DNA from: Vicinamibacteria bacterium
GTDB lineage: Bacteria > Acidobacteriota > Vicinamibacteria > Marinacidobacterales > Marinacidobacteraceae
Direction: 5' to 3'
NCBI GenBank assembly: GCA_964291235.2
Contig: OZ219816.1
Location: 1,536,001 to 1,600,000 of the forward strand
Length of the DNA: 64,000 bases
The stretch's first letter is position 1, and every line of letters starts with the position of its first letter. The translations under genes and the position numbers were made by a program. A model generated the notes under the pieces. That model had not been told where the DNA came from, searched no databases, and saw only the letters and a list, made by a program, of their open reading frames with translations. Below, piece by piece: positions 1 to 10,366 of this stretch.

Positions 1-35
1 GGCCCGCCACCGTCCTCTCAGGCGCCTCCCGCGCT

Positions 36-1265
36 TTGGAAGACCGCGTCGAGAGCGAACGCATCGCGAGCCGCATGGAAGCCATCGCCCGGATCGGCGC
101 GACGCCCGGGGGCGGCGGCTCCCGCACCGCGGGGAGCGACGCCGATCTCGCTACCAGGGACCGCTTTGCCGGTTGGCTGCGGGAGGCGGGGCTTGCGGTA
201 CGCACCGATCTCGCGGGAAACCTCATCGGACGCCTGCCCGGAACCGATCCGTCACTACCTCCGCTCCTCACCGGGTCGCACCTCGATTCCGTTCCGGACG
301 GCGGAAACTTCGACGGGGTGGTGGGCTCGATCGGAGCCCTCGAAGCCGCAACCGTCATCGCGGCCTCCGGTGAGCCGCTCCGTCATCCGCTCGAGGTAGC
401 GGTGTTCTTCAACGAAGAGAACGGAAAGACCGGCAGCCGCGCCCTCGCCGGGGAAGTCACGAAGGAAGAAATGGACCTTCCGGTGTACGGCGGATTCACC
501 CTGGGCGAGGCGCTCGCCCGGGTAGGTGGATCGCCGGAGCGGATCACGGAGGCGGCGCTCGCCCCCGGCCACTACGCCGGCTTCCTGGAGTTGCACATCG
601 AACAGGGTCCCACGCTCGCCTCCGAGGGGATCGAAATCGGGGTGGTCCAGGGCATCGTGGGGATCCGCCGCTTCCGCGTGCGGGTTTCCGGATTCGCCAA
701 CCACGCCGGCACCACCGCGATGGGGATCCGTCGCGACGCCCTCGTCACCGCCGGCCGCTTCCTGGTCGCAGTCCACGAAGAGACCCAGGCCTGGCCGGGA
801 CGCCAGGTGGCGACGGTGGGACGGATCGAGGCGCACCCTGGTGCTCCGAACGTCATTCCCGGAGAGGTCGAACTGAGTCTCGAGATCCGGGATCTCGGAA
901 TGGAGACGATCGAGGCTCTCTATCAGCGCTTCCAGGAAATGGGCGACGAGTTGGCGCGCCGCAACCAGACGGACATCACCTTCGAGCCCTACTACCTGAG
1001 CCGCGCCGCCCCCTGCGACCCGGCCTTCATGGACACCGTGGAAGGCGCTGCCGAGAGTCTTGGTTTTTCGAACCTGCGGCTGCCGTCCGGCGCCGGGCAC
1101 GACGCCCAGTCCATCGCCGTACTCGCCCCCATAGGGATGATCTTCGTGCCGAGCCGCGACGGCATCAGCCATTCGCCCCGCGAGTTCACGAGCCTCGCGG
1201 ACATCACGAGCGGCACCCGGGTCCTCGTCGAGTCGCTCCGCCGCCTCGACCGGTCCCTCGCGTAG
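36..1265 (+). CDS. M20 family Zn-dependent amidohydrolase (allantoate amidohydrolase / N-carbamoyl-L-amino-acid hydrolase type)
   Basis: Motifs GSHLDSVPDGGNFDG, NEE, ELHIEQG, ANHAGT, SGAGHDA, GISH. The true start may lie upstream of the window. Confidence 0.9.
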   Translation: MEDRVESERIASRMEAIARIGATPGGGGSRTAGSDADLATRDRFAGWLREAGLAVRTDLAGNLIGRLPGTDPSLPPLLTGSHLDSVPDGGNFDGVVGSIGALEAATVIAASGEPLRHPLEVAVFFNEENGKTGSRALAGEVTKEEMDLPVYGGFTLGEALARVGGSPERITEAALAPGHYAGFLELHIEQGPTLASEGIEIGVVQGIVGIRRFRVRVSGFANHAGTTAMGIRRDALVTAGRFLVAVHEETQAWPGRQVATVGRIEAHPGAPNVIPGEVELSLEIRDLGMETIEALYQRFQEMGDELARRNQTDITFEPYYLSRAAPCDPAFMDTVEGAAESLGFSNLRLPSGAGHDAQSIAVLAPIGMIFVPSRDGISHSPREFTSLADITSGTRVLVESLRRLDRSLA

Positions 1266-1282
1266 GAACCGGAACGGGGCCC

Positions 1283-2095
1283 TCAGCGCTCCTCTACCGG
1301 AATGACGCTCTCACCGTCGGCGTAGCCCACGATCCCGGCGGCAACGACTCGCCGAAAGCCCTCCGGAGAGAGGGCCGTCTCGTCGTCGAGTTCCAGATAA
1401 AAGCCCTCCGGAAGGGCGGCGAGCTGGGAAAAGGAATGACCGGGCCCGCTCCTGAGCGCGGCGCCGGGCTGCACCACCACCGCGACCAGGGGCGCCGTGA
1501 TCCGGAGTCGGAGCAGCGTCCCCGACACGGCCGCCGCCGCCAGCACCGACAGGAGCCCGGCCAGCACCAGCCGCCGCCGTCCGCGCCGGAGCATCAGCAG
1601 CGTCCAGCAGATTCCCGCGAGCAGTGCGGAGCCGCTGAGTATCCCCGCGAAGCGTTCCGGAGGACTGCGGCGCAGCCAGGGGCCAAAGCCCTGCATCGAA
1701 CGGAGCAACTCCATCGAGAACGCATCGGGGGCGCCCGTTGCCGCCGCGTCGGTCAAACGCCGGTCGAGCAGCTCCCGCGCGAGCGCCAGGTTCTGGCGGG
1801 CATCCTCGTCGCCCGGACGGAGCGCAAGCGACCTCTCCCAGTGCAGCATCGCATGACCGAGCCGGCCGGCACGGTACTCGGCGTTCCCGAGGTTGTAGTG
1901 GAGCGCCGCACGGTCCATTTCCCCGTCCGCCTCCTCGAGTAGCCGGCGATAGGCGGCGGCCGCGGATTCGTAGTCGCCCTCGTCGTAGCTTCTCGCCGCG
2001 GCCTGCGCTTCAGGATTCTCCTGGGCCGGCGCCGACCGACCCAGGCCTGATCCGGCGAGCAACACCACCGAAGCCAGAAGAAGCCGGCGCGTCAT
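1283..2095 (-). CDS. BatE-like TPR protein with membrane segments and C-terminal SH3-like domain
   Basis: Start MTRRLLLAS overlaps the upstream stop (ATGA). Signal peptide, TPR LHYNLGNAEYRAG, C-terminal LRSGPG. Last gene of the Bat operon. Confidence 0.8.
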   Translation of the reverse strand: MTRRLLLASVVLLAGSGLGRSAPAQENPEAQAAARSYDEGDYESAAAAYRRLLEEADGEMDRAALHYNLGNAEYRAGRLGHAMLHWERSLALRPGDEDARQNLALARELLDRRLTDAAATGAPDAFSMELLRSMQGFGPWLRRSPPERFAGILSGSALLAGICWTLLMLRRGRRRLVLAGLLSVLAAAAVSGTLLRLRITAPLVAVVVQPGAALRSGPGHSFSQLAALPEGFYLELDDETALSPEGFRRVVAAGIVGYADGESVIPVEER

Positions 2096-4113
2096 TCCGT
2101 GCCTCCCTGCCGCGCCAGTTGTTCCTCGAGCTGGCGAATCAGCTCCGCCGCCTCTTCGGCATCGGAGTGCGCCTCGCCGCCCGTCCCGGGGGCGGCGAAA
2201 CGCGCGCCTTCCGTCCGAGAGAGCAGCGCCCGGAAGCGGCGCGCCGCGCCGGGCTCGGCGCCCGCCTCCTCGAGCCGGCGGGCCGCACTCTCCGGGGTGA
2301 GGCCGTGGCGGGACTCTCCCAGCCGCGCCGCCGCGTACTCCGTAAGCGCCTCGCTCACCCGGGCGGCGGAGTCCGGCCCGTCTCGGGAGATTGCCGCGAG
2401 CCGCCGCCGGGCGCCGCGGGCCGCCCCCCGCCGCCGGTATTCCGCCGGATTCGCCTCCCGCCAGGCACGGCGTCGCCGAGCGGCGAAGAGTCCCAGGTTC
2501 CATAGGGCCGGAAGAGCAAGACTCAGGACGAAGAGACTCCCGGGGCTCCACGGTCCCGGCAGACGCCCCGGTCCCTCCCCGACGGGCTTCAGATACCGGA
2601 TGTCCTGTCCCAGCCGCTCCACCGCTGCCGGCCCATCGGCCCCGGGGGCGATCGCGGCGCCCCCCTCGATCTGGATCTGTATGGGCTCGGTTTCGAGGCG
2701 CTCGTAAACGCCCGTTCGCGGATTGAAGACGTCGAGGGTGACGGCGGCGAGGTTCCGGACTCCGCCGGCCTCGGGAACCATCGGAAACTCCCATATCTGC
2801 CGGCCGCCGAACGACAAGCCCCCAGCCTCGTCGCGGAGGCCGCTTTCGGCGCTTATGTCCGGATCGAAGAAACGGAAGGCGCGTCGTGACTCGGGAGTGC
2901 CGGGCAGGTCCGGAGCCCCCGCCACGCGCAGATTGCCGCGGCCTTCGAGTTGGACGCGCAACACGAGCGGCTCCCCGGCTACCGCCGCCCGATCACCGAG
3001 CGGCGCGTCGTCTCGTCTGATGTCCGCGCTCAGCCGGTAGTCCCCCACCGCGCCGGTGAATCCGGGAGGGCGTCCCGCCTCCGGCAGTGGCGCCGCCCGG
3101 ATCGTCACCGCGGGGGCCTCTCGAGTCACCACCACCTGTTCCCGTCCAAAGAACGACCGCCGCTCGCCCTGTACCCCGATGTCGAAACGAGGCCCCGCGA
3201 GTTCGCGCTCTCCGGCGCCGGTCGGAAAGACCGCGCGCATCAGCAGCGGATAGGTGTCGTAGGCAACGCCGTTCAGGGTCCGGCGTTCGCGGCGCGGCCC
3301 CGGGAGGGCGCGGCGGGCGCGAATCTCGGCTGCGTCCAGGCCGCGCTCCAACCAGGGGACATCGGGGAGTTCCACATCCTCGGTCCAAAAACCCTCCGGC
3401 TGCGCCAGCTCGACGGGGGCCGCGACAAACACCGGGAGCCGGGACCAGAGGCGGTAGAGAACGAGCACCTGCTCGCCGGTGTGAACCGGGGCCTCCGCCG
3501 CTTCCACGCGGACGAAGATGTCCTCTTCCCGAACCTCCGGAACCCCCTGCCCCCGGCGCTGCCGACGGTCGAACGGATCCCCGAATCCGAACGGCGAGGA
3601 AAAGGGCGACGGGAAGGGGGACGCAAACGGGTCGGACGGGGGGGAGCCGAGGCTCCCTGGTTCGACCCGGACCCGAATCGGGGGCGCGGGGGAATAGCCG
3701 GGAACCGGGATCCGCGGAATCGTGAGTTCCCCGGTTTCCAGGGGCCTCAGTCGATAGACCCACTCGATCGCGCGGGTCATCTGCATGTTCACGATCTGCG
3801 TCTTCGAGACCCGCTGGCTGCCGAGTACCTCGAACCCGGCGAGATCGGAGAGCGTGGGTTCCCCGCCCCGATCCTCCGGCACGGAAACCGTCAGGGTGAG
3901 CGTGTCTTCGATCCCGATGTGGTCGGCGTCGACGCGCGCCTCGGCGGCTTCCTGGGCGTGGGCCGGCAGCGCGGAAAGGACCGCAAGAACAGCGGCCGGC
4001 AGCAGCCCTTTCCCGAGCAGCCGGTGGAGACCCGGGGCAGGAAGCACCCTGCACGCGGCAAGACCCTCAGGTTGGATGCTCGCGGCCATGGGTACGGTGG
4101 GTGCTTGCTTCAT
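2092..4113 (-). CDS. BatD family protein
   Basis: Repeated Ig-like BatD domains (VHTGEQV..Y, FTGAVG, LEGRGN), DIRYLK followed by a TM helix. Operon position fits. Confidence 0.85.
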   Translation of the reverse strand: MKQAPTVPMAASIQPEGLAACRVLPAPGLHRLLGKGLLPAAVLAVLSALPAHAQEAAEARVDADHIGIEDTLTLTVSVPEDRGGEPTLSDLAGFEVLGSQRVSKTQIVNMQMTRAIEWVYRLRPLETGELTIPRIPVPGYSPAPPIRVRVEPGSLGSPPSDPFASPFPSPFSSPFGFGDPFDRRQRRGQGVPEVREEDIFVRVEAAEAPVHTGEQVLVLYRLWSRLPVFVAAPVELAQPEGFWTEDVELPDVPWLERGLDAAEIRARRALPGPRRERRTLNGVAYDTYPLLMRAVFPTGAGERELAGPRFDIGVQGERRSFFGREQVVVTREAPAVTIRAAPLPEAGRPPGFTGAVGDYRLSADIRRDDAPLGDRAAVAGEPLVLRVQLEGRGNLRVAGAPDLPGTPESRRAFRFFDPDISAESGLRDEAGGLSFGGRQIWEFPMVPEAGGVRNLAAVTLDVFNPRTGVYERLETEPIQIQIEGGAAIAPGADGPAAVERLGQDIRYLKPVGEGPGRLPGPWSPGSLFVLSLALPALWNLGLFAARRRRAWREANPAEYRRRGAARGARRRLAAISRDGPDSAARVSEALTEYAAARLGESRHGLTPESAARRLEEAGAEPGAARRFRALLSRTEGARFAAPGTGGEAHSDAEEAAELIRQLEEQLARQGGTE

Positions 4114-4119
4114 GGGCTG

Positions 4120-4986
4120 CTAATGCCGGCCCCTTCGGAGCGCCCGGGCCCGGCGCCTTTCCAGTTGCTCCTCCTGGAAGGCCCGCTCCACGTCGGCGAG
4201 AGCCGCAAGGATTCGCTCCGCCTGCTCGGGGCTGATCTCGGGGACTTCTCCCGGCGCACCCTCCGACGCTTCCGATGGCGGGCTTTCATCCCGGGAGGCG
4301 TCTCGGTCCGGATCGTTGTCCGGCGGCCGCTCCGGGCGTTCCCCCTGCTCCCCGGAAGGGGGCTCCGGGCTGGATTCCGGCGACTCCTCGGAAGCTGGAT
4401 CCTGCTGGTCCGGCCCATCCCCTGGTTGCTGATCCTGCTGCCCCTGCTCTTGCTGCTCGTCCGGTTCCTCGCCGTCCCGTTCCTCGTTGTCCTGGCCCTC
4501 TCCATCCTGCGGCTGTTGTTGTTGTGCTTCTTCTTGCTCCTCGGCGCGCCGGAGCGCGCGTTCCAGATTCTGGCGGGCCTCGACGTCCTCCGGGTCTTCC
4601 GCGATCGCTTCCGCGTAGGCGACCGCCGCCTCGCGAAACGCCCCGGCGCGGAAGAGGCTGTTGCCCAGATTGAACAGGGCGTCCCGCCGGACCCCTTCCG
4701 CGAGATCGCTATCGAGCGCCGTCTGGTAACCCCGGAGCGCCTCCGCGAGCGGACCGTCCTCGGCCGAGGCCGGGCCTTCCTGCGCCTCTCCCATCCGGTA
4801 GTGGACACCGGCGATATTCAGATCGTTCTCCGGCGCATCGGGAACCTCGCCCTCCGCCCGCGAAAAGGCGCGCAGCGCCTCCTCCAGGCGGCCCGCTTCG
4901 AAGTGTTCCGCCCCCTCGCGGGTGTTTCGCTCCCCGCCACCGAAGAGCTGTGCGGCCATCAGCAAGACGAAAGCGGCGCGCATCAC
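4120..4986 (-). CDS. BatC-like TPR protein with Q/E-rich tail
   Basis: TPR ALFNLGNSLFR / ARQNLERA, low-complexity Q/E/P linker, C-terminal ISPEQAERILAAL helix. Confidence 0.8.
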   Translation of the reverse strand: MMRAAFVLLMAAQLFGGGERNTREGAEHFEAGRLEEALRAFSRAEGEVPDAPENDLNIAGVHYRMGEAQEGPASAEDGPLAEALRGYQTALDSDLAEGVRRDALFNLGNSLFRAGAFREAAVAYAEAIAEDPEDVEARQNLERALRRAEEQEEAQQQQPQDGEGQDNEERDGEEPDEQQEQGQQDQQPGDGPDQQDPASEESPESSPEPPSGEQGERPERPPDNDPDRDASRDESPPSEASEGAPGEVPEISPEQAERILAALADVERAFQEEQLERRRARALRRGRH

Positions 4987-6005
4987 GAGACGCCTCCCGG
5001 ACTCGCCGGGCGCCGGCGCGCCGGAGCGACGAGGGCGGCCCCCGCGATGGCAAAGACCGCCAGCCCGGCCGGGATCCAGAACCGCTCGCGGTAGCGCCGG
5101 GATATCTGCGCCCCGAGTTCGCCGCCCTCGATCCCGGCGATCCGCGCCGTCAGTCCTTCGATCTCCCGGTCGTCGGGAGACACCTCGAAGAAGACGCCAC
5201 CGGTGAGCGCCGCCAATTCGGAAAGCGTCGCCCGGTCCAGCCGGCTCACGATCGGGGAACCGGCGCCGTCCCGCATCAGGGTCGGGCCGGCCTCGGAGTC
5301 CGCCGGGATGGTGCCCCCACCCGGCGTCCCCACGCCCACCGGCAAAACGACGATGCCGTGCTCGTTTGCCATTCGCGCCAGTTCGGCGATTCCGGTGACC
5401 CGCAGGTCGTCCTGCTGTCCGTCGGTGAGCAGCACCACCACCCGGTGGCGACTCTCCTGCCGTTCGAAGGCGCGCGCCGCCTCCTCGATCATCGCCGCGA
5501 GGTTCGTACCGGGGCTTTCCACGGCCCCGGTAGCGATTCCGGAAAGCAGGGTCCGAACGGCGCCGAGGTCATGGGTGAGTGGGCACTGGGTGAATGCCGT
5601 CCCCGAAAACGCCACGATTCCCACCCGGTTCCCGACCATCCGTTCGAGCAACTCTCCGGCGATATAGCGGGCGCGCTCCATCCGCGAGGGCGCCACGTCC
5701 CGGGCGTCCATGCTGAAGGAGGTGTCCATCGCCAACACGATGTCCACCCCGACGAGGGTCACTTCCTGCTCCTGTCTTCCCCACTGCGGACGCGCGGCCG
5801 CGACGGCGAGCAGGAGGATGGCCCCTAGCAGCAACCAGTCGCGGAAACGGCGCCGCGTCCGGTTTTCGCCTTCGACCAGCGCCGGCGTGCGGGTCCCGAA
5901 TCGGCCGAGTGCCGCCCGCGCCCGGCGCGCCGACCAGAAGACGAGCCCTACCCCCAGGGGAAAGAGCGCCAGCAGGAGGAGCGCCGACGGCGTACCGAAA
6001 CGCAT
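4983..6005 (-). CDS. BatB-like VWA domain protein
   Basis: ARPQWG, MIDAS DTSFSM, CPLTHD, LLTDG, terminal TM helices. Confidence 0.88.
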   Translation of the reverse strand: MRFGTPSALLLLALFPLGVGLVFWSARRARAALGRFGTRTPALVEGENRTRRRFRDWLLLGAILLLAVAAARPQWGRQEQEVTLVGVDIVLAMDTSFSMDARDVAPSRMERARYIAGELLERMVGNRVGIVAFSGTAFTQCPLTHDLGAVRTLLSGIATGAVESPGTNLAAMIEEAARAFERQESRHRVVVLLTDGQQDDLRVTGIAELARMANEHGIVVLPVGVGTPGGGTIPADSEAGPTLMRDGAGSPIVSRLDRATLSELAALTGGVFFEVSPDDREIEGLTARIAGIEGGELGAQISRRYRERFWIPAGLAVFAIAGAALVAPARRRPASPGGVS

Positions 6006-6056
6006 CTCAGCCCCGCTCTCCGCGCGCTCCGCGAAACCGCGCGCTGCCGGTGCGAT

Positions 6057-7034
6057 TCATGGCGCCCTCCGCAGCACGGTGGCGCCGAGCGCGATCCCGG
6101 AAAAGAGGACCATCGCCGCCCACCCGGCCAGCGCGGGGCCGTCGTCCGACCAACTGGTCCAGGTGGGCGCCTGGATTTCGGTCGTCTCGAGGGCGTCGAT
6201 CTCGTCATAGACCGCCCGCAGCCCCTCGCTGTCCCGGGCCCGAAAGTAGCGGCCGCCGGTCGCGTCCGCGACCTGGGTGAGCATCTCCTCGTCAATTCCC
6301 GGCGCCGTCCGGACGTCGAGCGAGCCGTCGGGCCGCCGCATGACCATCCGTCCTCCCTGCTGGCTCCCCGCGCCCACGGTGTACACCCGGATTCCCCGCG
6401 TCCTGGCCAATCCGGCGGCCGTCAGCGGATGGATCTCTCCGGCGTTCGAAACCCCGTCGGTGAGCAGCACGATCACGCGGCTTTCCGCCTCGGAGCCGGC
6501 CAGCCGGTTCACCGAGGCGGCGATGGCGTTGCCGATCGCCGTTCCGTCGGGAATGTCGCCGATATCCACCTCCCGCAGGCGATCCGTGAGGACGCCGTGA
6601 TCGAGGGTGAGCGGGCTGAGGGTCACCGCATTCCGGGCGAACGCCACCGCCCCCAGCCGGTCGTCCGTCCGGCGATCGATGAAATCCTCGAGCACTTCCT
6701 TGGCCGCGGTGAGACGGTCGGCCGGAGCAAAGTCCTCGGCCCGCATACTCGAAGAAATGTCGAGGGCGAGCACGATGTCCACACCCAGGCTGGTCCCGGT
6801 TTCCTCGGTGATCCCCGTCTGCGGACGCGCGAGCGCGACCGCGGCGAGGACCAGCGCGGTGAGCACGAGAGCCCCGGGAAGGAACGCGAGCCGCGAACGG
6901 AACGATCGCGGCAAGTCCCGCAGTCCGGCCGCGTCCGGGAAGCGGACCGCCGGCGCCACCAGTCGCCGCGCCCGCACCACGAGGATGGGCGCCAGCGCGA
7001 GCAGCAGCAGGGCCGCCGGCCAGAGGAAACGCAT
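6057..7034 (-). CDS. BatA-like VWA domain protein
   Basis: Start MRFLWPAALL. ALARPQ, MIDAS DISSSM, DGTAIG, LLTDG, TGGRYFRA. Confidence 0.9.
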   Translation of the reverse strand: MRFLWPAALLLLALAPILVVRARRLVAPAVRFPDAAGLRDLPRSFRSRLAFLPGALVLTALVLAAVALARPQTGITEETGTSLGVDIVLALDISSSMRAEDFAPADRLTAAKEVLEDFIDRRTDDRLGAVAFARNAVTLSPLTLDHGVLTDRLREVDIGDIPDGTAIGNAIAASVNRLAGSEAESRVIVLLTDGVSNAGEIHPLTAAGLARTRGIRVYTVGAGSQQGGRMVMRRPDGSLDVRTAPGIDEEMLTQVADATGGRYFRARDSEGLRAVYDEIDALETTEIQAPTWTSWSDDGPALAGWAAMVLFSGIALGATVLRRAP

Positions 7035-8059
7035 CAGCGGGCCTCCACCCGGTCGCCGGGTTCCGGGCCGCCGCCCGCGGGCAGTGCGGGAGTTCCGGCA
7101 CCGACGTCCCCCGTCCTGGCTTCGGAAGTCAGGGCCGGCCGGGTCCGGTCGAGGAAGATCCCTGCCTGCCGGAACCGCGACCGGGCCGCATCCGGGCGGA
7201 AGGCAAGCTCGCTGAATTTGGCGAGATCGGCCTCCCCCAGAATGGCCGCCAGCAGCGACAGGGCCTCCCGGTGGTCCGGTGCGGCGCCGCGTCGCAGGTC
7301 CCGCAGGATCTCTCCGGTGGTCCGTTCGCTCCACGGCGTCTCGAACCGCCGCCCCGCGTAGCGCTTCATGATCTCGGCAAGCCGCTCGTAGTAACCGACC
7401 ACGTCCCCCGCTTCGAGGAGTCCCGCCCGGCCCAGCCGGGCAAGGGCCGCCTCGGCTTCCGCTGCCGGGGGCGGAAGCGGAACCACCGGCGCCTCCCCCG
7501 GCCTCCGGCGCCTCCAGAACCAGGCGGCGGCCAGCAGGATCGCGAGTCCCAGCGCGAGGAGGCCGATCGCTCCCCAGCGCGGGGGCAATTTCAACTCGAA
7601 GGGCCCCCGGATGTCATGGATGTCGCCCCCCGCCTCCTCCGCGCCAGGAGGCAGCGACGACACGACGCGCACCGGCGCGGGCGGCGTTTCGATCAGCGAA
7701 AGCCCGCCGTCCGCCGTCCGGAACCCGACCCGAACGCCCGGGATTTCATGGTCTCCCGGGAGCACGAACGCGCCCAGCCGGACCCGGAACCGGCTTTCTC
7801 CCGGGCGGTCCTCATCTGCCTCCAGCGGAACCACGCCCAGGGTCCGGAAGTCGCCGAGGGCTTCGTCCACGACCGGGGCAGCCTCCGCCCCGGCGGGGTG
7901 CTCGACGACGATCTCCAGTTCGAAGAGCGCGCCCACCTCCACCGGCTCCGAGACCACCTCGGCGCGGGCGGCGGCGGTCGGCGGCTGACCAGCCGCTCCG
8001 CCGGCGGCAGCGGCCGCGACTGCGAAGAGCGGCAGAATCGCCCGGGCCACCGGTGTCAT
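7034..8059 (-). CDS. Bat-operon membrane-anchored protein
   Basis: Signal peptide, Ig-like domain, IHDIRGP then TM helix, ERTTGE and ADLAKF motifs typical of the gene between DUF58 and batA. Confidence 0.7.
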   Translation of the reverse strand: MTPVARAILPLFAVAAAAAGGAAGQPPTAAARAEVVSEPVEVGALFELEIVVEHPAGAEAAPVVDEALGDFRTLGVVPLEADEDRPGESRFRVRLGAFVLPGDHEIPGVRVGFRTADGGLSLIETPPAPVRVVSSLPPGAEEAGGDIHDIRGPFELKLPPRWGAIGLLALGLAILLAAAWFWRRRRPGEAPVVPLPPPAAEAEAALARLGRAGLLEAGDVVGYYERLAEIMKRYAGRRFETPWSERTTGEILRDLRRGAAPDHREALSLLAAILGEADLAKFSELAFRPDAARSRFRQAGIFLDRTRPALTSEARTGDVGAGTPALPAGGGPEPGDRVEAR

Positions 8060-9063
8060 CGCCGCCGCTTCTCGCGCATGCGGAAGAACTTTCGCAAGGG
8101 ATCGTCGTAGGGTTCCCCCGCCGTCACCTCCACCATGTCCACCCCCGTCTCACGGAGAGCGCGGGACGCCGCCGCGTGGGTCCGGAAGGCGCGCTGGCGA
8201 AAGGCGTCGCGGACCCGGCGGTCCGAGGTGTCAAGCCGGACAGGAGTTCCGGACTCCGCATCCTCGAGTTCGACGAGCCCGATGTCCGGAATCTCGTGCT
8301 CTCTCGGGTCCGTGACCCGCACGGCGATGAGATCATGCCGGCGCGCGGCCACCCGGAGCGGGCGCAGCCACCGCTCGGGAGGATCTCCGACGAAATCGCT
8401 CAGCAGGAAGACCGTCGCGCGACGGCGCACCGCGCGGTTCAACAGGTCGAGAGCTCCCGCGATGTCGGTGCCGGCCCCCTCGGGTTCGAAGTAGAGCAGG
8501 TCGCGGAGTACCCGGAGGCCGTGCCGCCGGCCCTTCCGCGCCGGAAGCCGGGTCTCGGCGCGGTCGGTGAAGAGCAGCGCTCCCACCCGGTCGCCGGAGC
8601 GAATCGCCGAAAAGGCGAGGGCCGCGGCTGCCTCGGCCGCCGTTGACCGCTTGAAGTCGCGGCGGCTGCCGAACGCGAACGAGCGCGAAACATCCAACAG
8701 GAACAACACGGTCTGCTCACGCTCTTCAACGAACTTCTTGACGTGAAGGTCGCCGGTGCGCGAGGTGACGTTCCAGTCCACGGAGCGGATGTCGTCACCC
8801 GGGGCGTACTCGCGGACCTCGGAGAACTCCATCCCCTGTCCCTTGAAAGTGCTCAGATACGCCCCCGCCAACGCCTCGGTGACGAGTTTGCGGGTCCGGA
8901 TCTCGATGTGGCGCACCCGGGCGAGCAGCTCCGCGGTGGAGACTCCCGACGACGGGGCCTCCGGCGCCGCGCCGGCCCCCCCGCCCGGCGACAACAACGA
9001 AGCGAACAGGCCCGTCCGGGATCTGCCGCGCCGATCGGCGACGGACGCTCGGTTCCGGACCAC
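8056..9063 (-). CDS. DUF58 domain protein
   Basis: FKGQGMEFSEVREYAPGDDIRSVDWNVTSR, EERE, LLSDF. Confidence 0.92.
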   Translation of the reverse strand: MVRNRASVADRRGRSRTGLFASLLSPGGGAGAAPEAPSSGVSTAELLARVRHIEIRTRKLVTEALAGAYLSTFKGQGMEFSEVREYAPGDDIRSVDWNVTSRTGDLHVKKFVEEREQTVLFLLDVSRSFAFGSRRDFKRSTAAEAAAALAFSAIRSGDRVGALLFTDRAETRLPARKGRRHGLRVLRDLLYFEPEGAGTDIAGALDLLNRAVRRRATVFLLSDFVGDPPERWLRPLRVAARRHDLIAVRVTDPREHEIPDIGLVELEDAESGTPVRLDTSDRRVRDAFRQRAFRTHAAASRALRETGVDMVEVTAGEPYDDPLRKFFRMREKRRR

Positions 9064-9086
9064 GACGACCTCAGGCGGACCGGGGG

Positions 9087-10079
9087 TCAGGGAACCTCCA
9101 CGGCGTCGAGCACCCGCCGCACGATCTCGTCGCCGTCCACTTCTTCCGCCTCCGCCTCGTAGGAGAGGATGAGCCGGTGGCGCATCACGTCGGGCGCCAG
9201 GTGTTTCACGTCTTCGGGAGCGGTGAAGTCGCGGTCCTCCAGGAAGGCCCGGGCGCGCGCCGCCCGGTAGAGATCGAGACTCGCGCGCGGCGAGGCGCCG
9301 TGTTCCACGAGTCCGGCTATGTCCACCCCGAAGGCGGCGGGATCGCGGGTCGCCCGGACCAGCGCGAGGATGTAGTCGCGGATTCGATCGTCCACGTACA
9401 CCGCCTCGACCGCGCCCCGGGCGACGGCGATCTCCTGGGGGCCGATGATCGGCTCGACGCGAGGAACGTCGAAGTTGGCCATCCGCTTCAGGATGGCCCG
9501 CTCGTCCTCAAGCTCGGGGAATCCCATCCGCAGCTTCATCATGAAGCGGTCCACCTGCGCCTCGGGAAGCGGATAGGTTCCCTCCTGCTCGATGGGGTTT
9601 TGGGTGGCGAGCACCACGAACGGCTCCTCGAGCTTCCAGGTCTCGTCGCCAATGGTGACCTGGCGTTCCTGCATCGCTTCGAGCAGGGCGCTCTGCACCT
9701 TGGCGGGGGCCCGGTTGATCTCGTCGGCGAGCAGAAAGTTCGTGAACACCGGCCCCTTCCGGGGCACGAAACTCCGGTCCCGCTGGTCGTAGATGAGCGT
9801 CCCGACAAGGTCCGCGGGCAGGAGGTCGGGAGTGAACTGAACCCGGGAAAACTCGGCCCGAACGCTCTCCGCGACGCTCTTGGCGAGCAGAGTCTTCGCG
9901 ATTCCCGGGACGCCCTCGATGAGGAGATGCCCCCGGGTCAGGAGCCCGATCAGGACGCGCTCCACCACCTCCCGCTGTCCGACCACCACGCGGCCGAGTT
10001 CCGCGGTCAGCCGGTCGGCGAACGAGGAACGGACGTCACGGACCTCTGCGGACGGCTGGCTCGTTAGGGCATCTGGCAT
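9087..10079 (-). CDS. moxR: MoxR family AAA+ ATPase
   Basis: Walker A GVPGIAKT, QFTPDLLPAD, Walker B LADEINRA, ATQNPIEQEGTYPLPEAQVDRF, GASPR. Confidence 0.95.
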   Translation of the reverse strand: MPDALTSQPSAEVRDVRSSFADRLTAELGRVVVGQREVVERVLIGLLTRGHLLIEGVPGIAKTLLAKSVAESVRAEFSRVQFTPDLLPADLVGTLIYDQRDRSFVPRKGPVFTNFLLADEINRAPAKVQSALLEAMQERQVTIGDETWKLEEPFVVLATQNPIEQEGTYPLPEAQVDRFMMKLRMGFPELEDERAILKRMANFDVPRVEPIIGPQEIAVARGAVEAVYVDDRIRDYILALVRATRDPAAFGVDIAGLVEHGASPRASLDLYRAARARAFLEDRDFTAPEDVKHLAPDVMRHRLILSYEAEAEEVDGDEIVRRVLDAVEVP

Positions 10080-10366
10080 ACGGACGGAAAACTCCCGGAA
10101 CTCGTTGATCGTTCCCCGGAATTCTAGGCCGGTACCAGAACGATCGCCCAGAGCCCGGGTTCCGCGGAGCGCACCACCCCCAACGGCCGGTCCTCTCGTC
10201 GGGCGCCTCCCCGCTCTCGGCGCTCACCGGGATTCAGCACCGGGCGCTACCCCGCGCGGACGGCGCGCCGTTTCGCCCCCCCTCCGCGTTACGTTCGCAC
10301 CCCTGTTCCGCGACGGCTAAAATCACCGCTTCCGGGTGTGATTCGCGCCCGAAGACGGAGGAATTC

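Noticed and set aside
2950-5094. 714-aa plus-strand ORF and similar long antisense ORFs (e.g. 16587-18398, 44030-45442, 51015-52742, 58644-60422)
   Set aside because: Shadow frames opposite well-supported genes in high-GC DNA, with no recognisable motifs.
1283-10079. MoxR-VWA-TPR operon as a novel system
   Set aside because: Matches the known Bat (batA-E) operon architecture.
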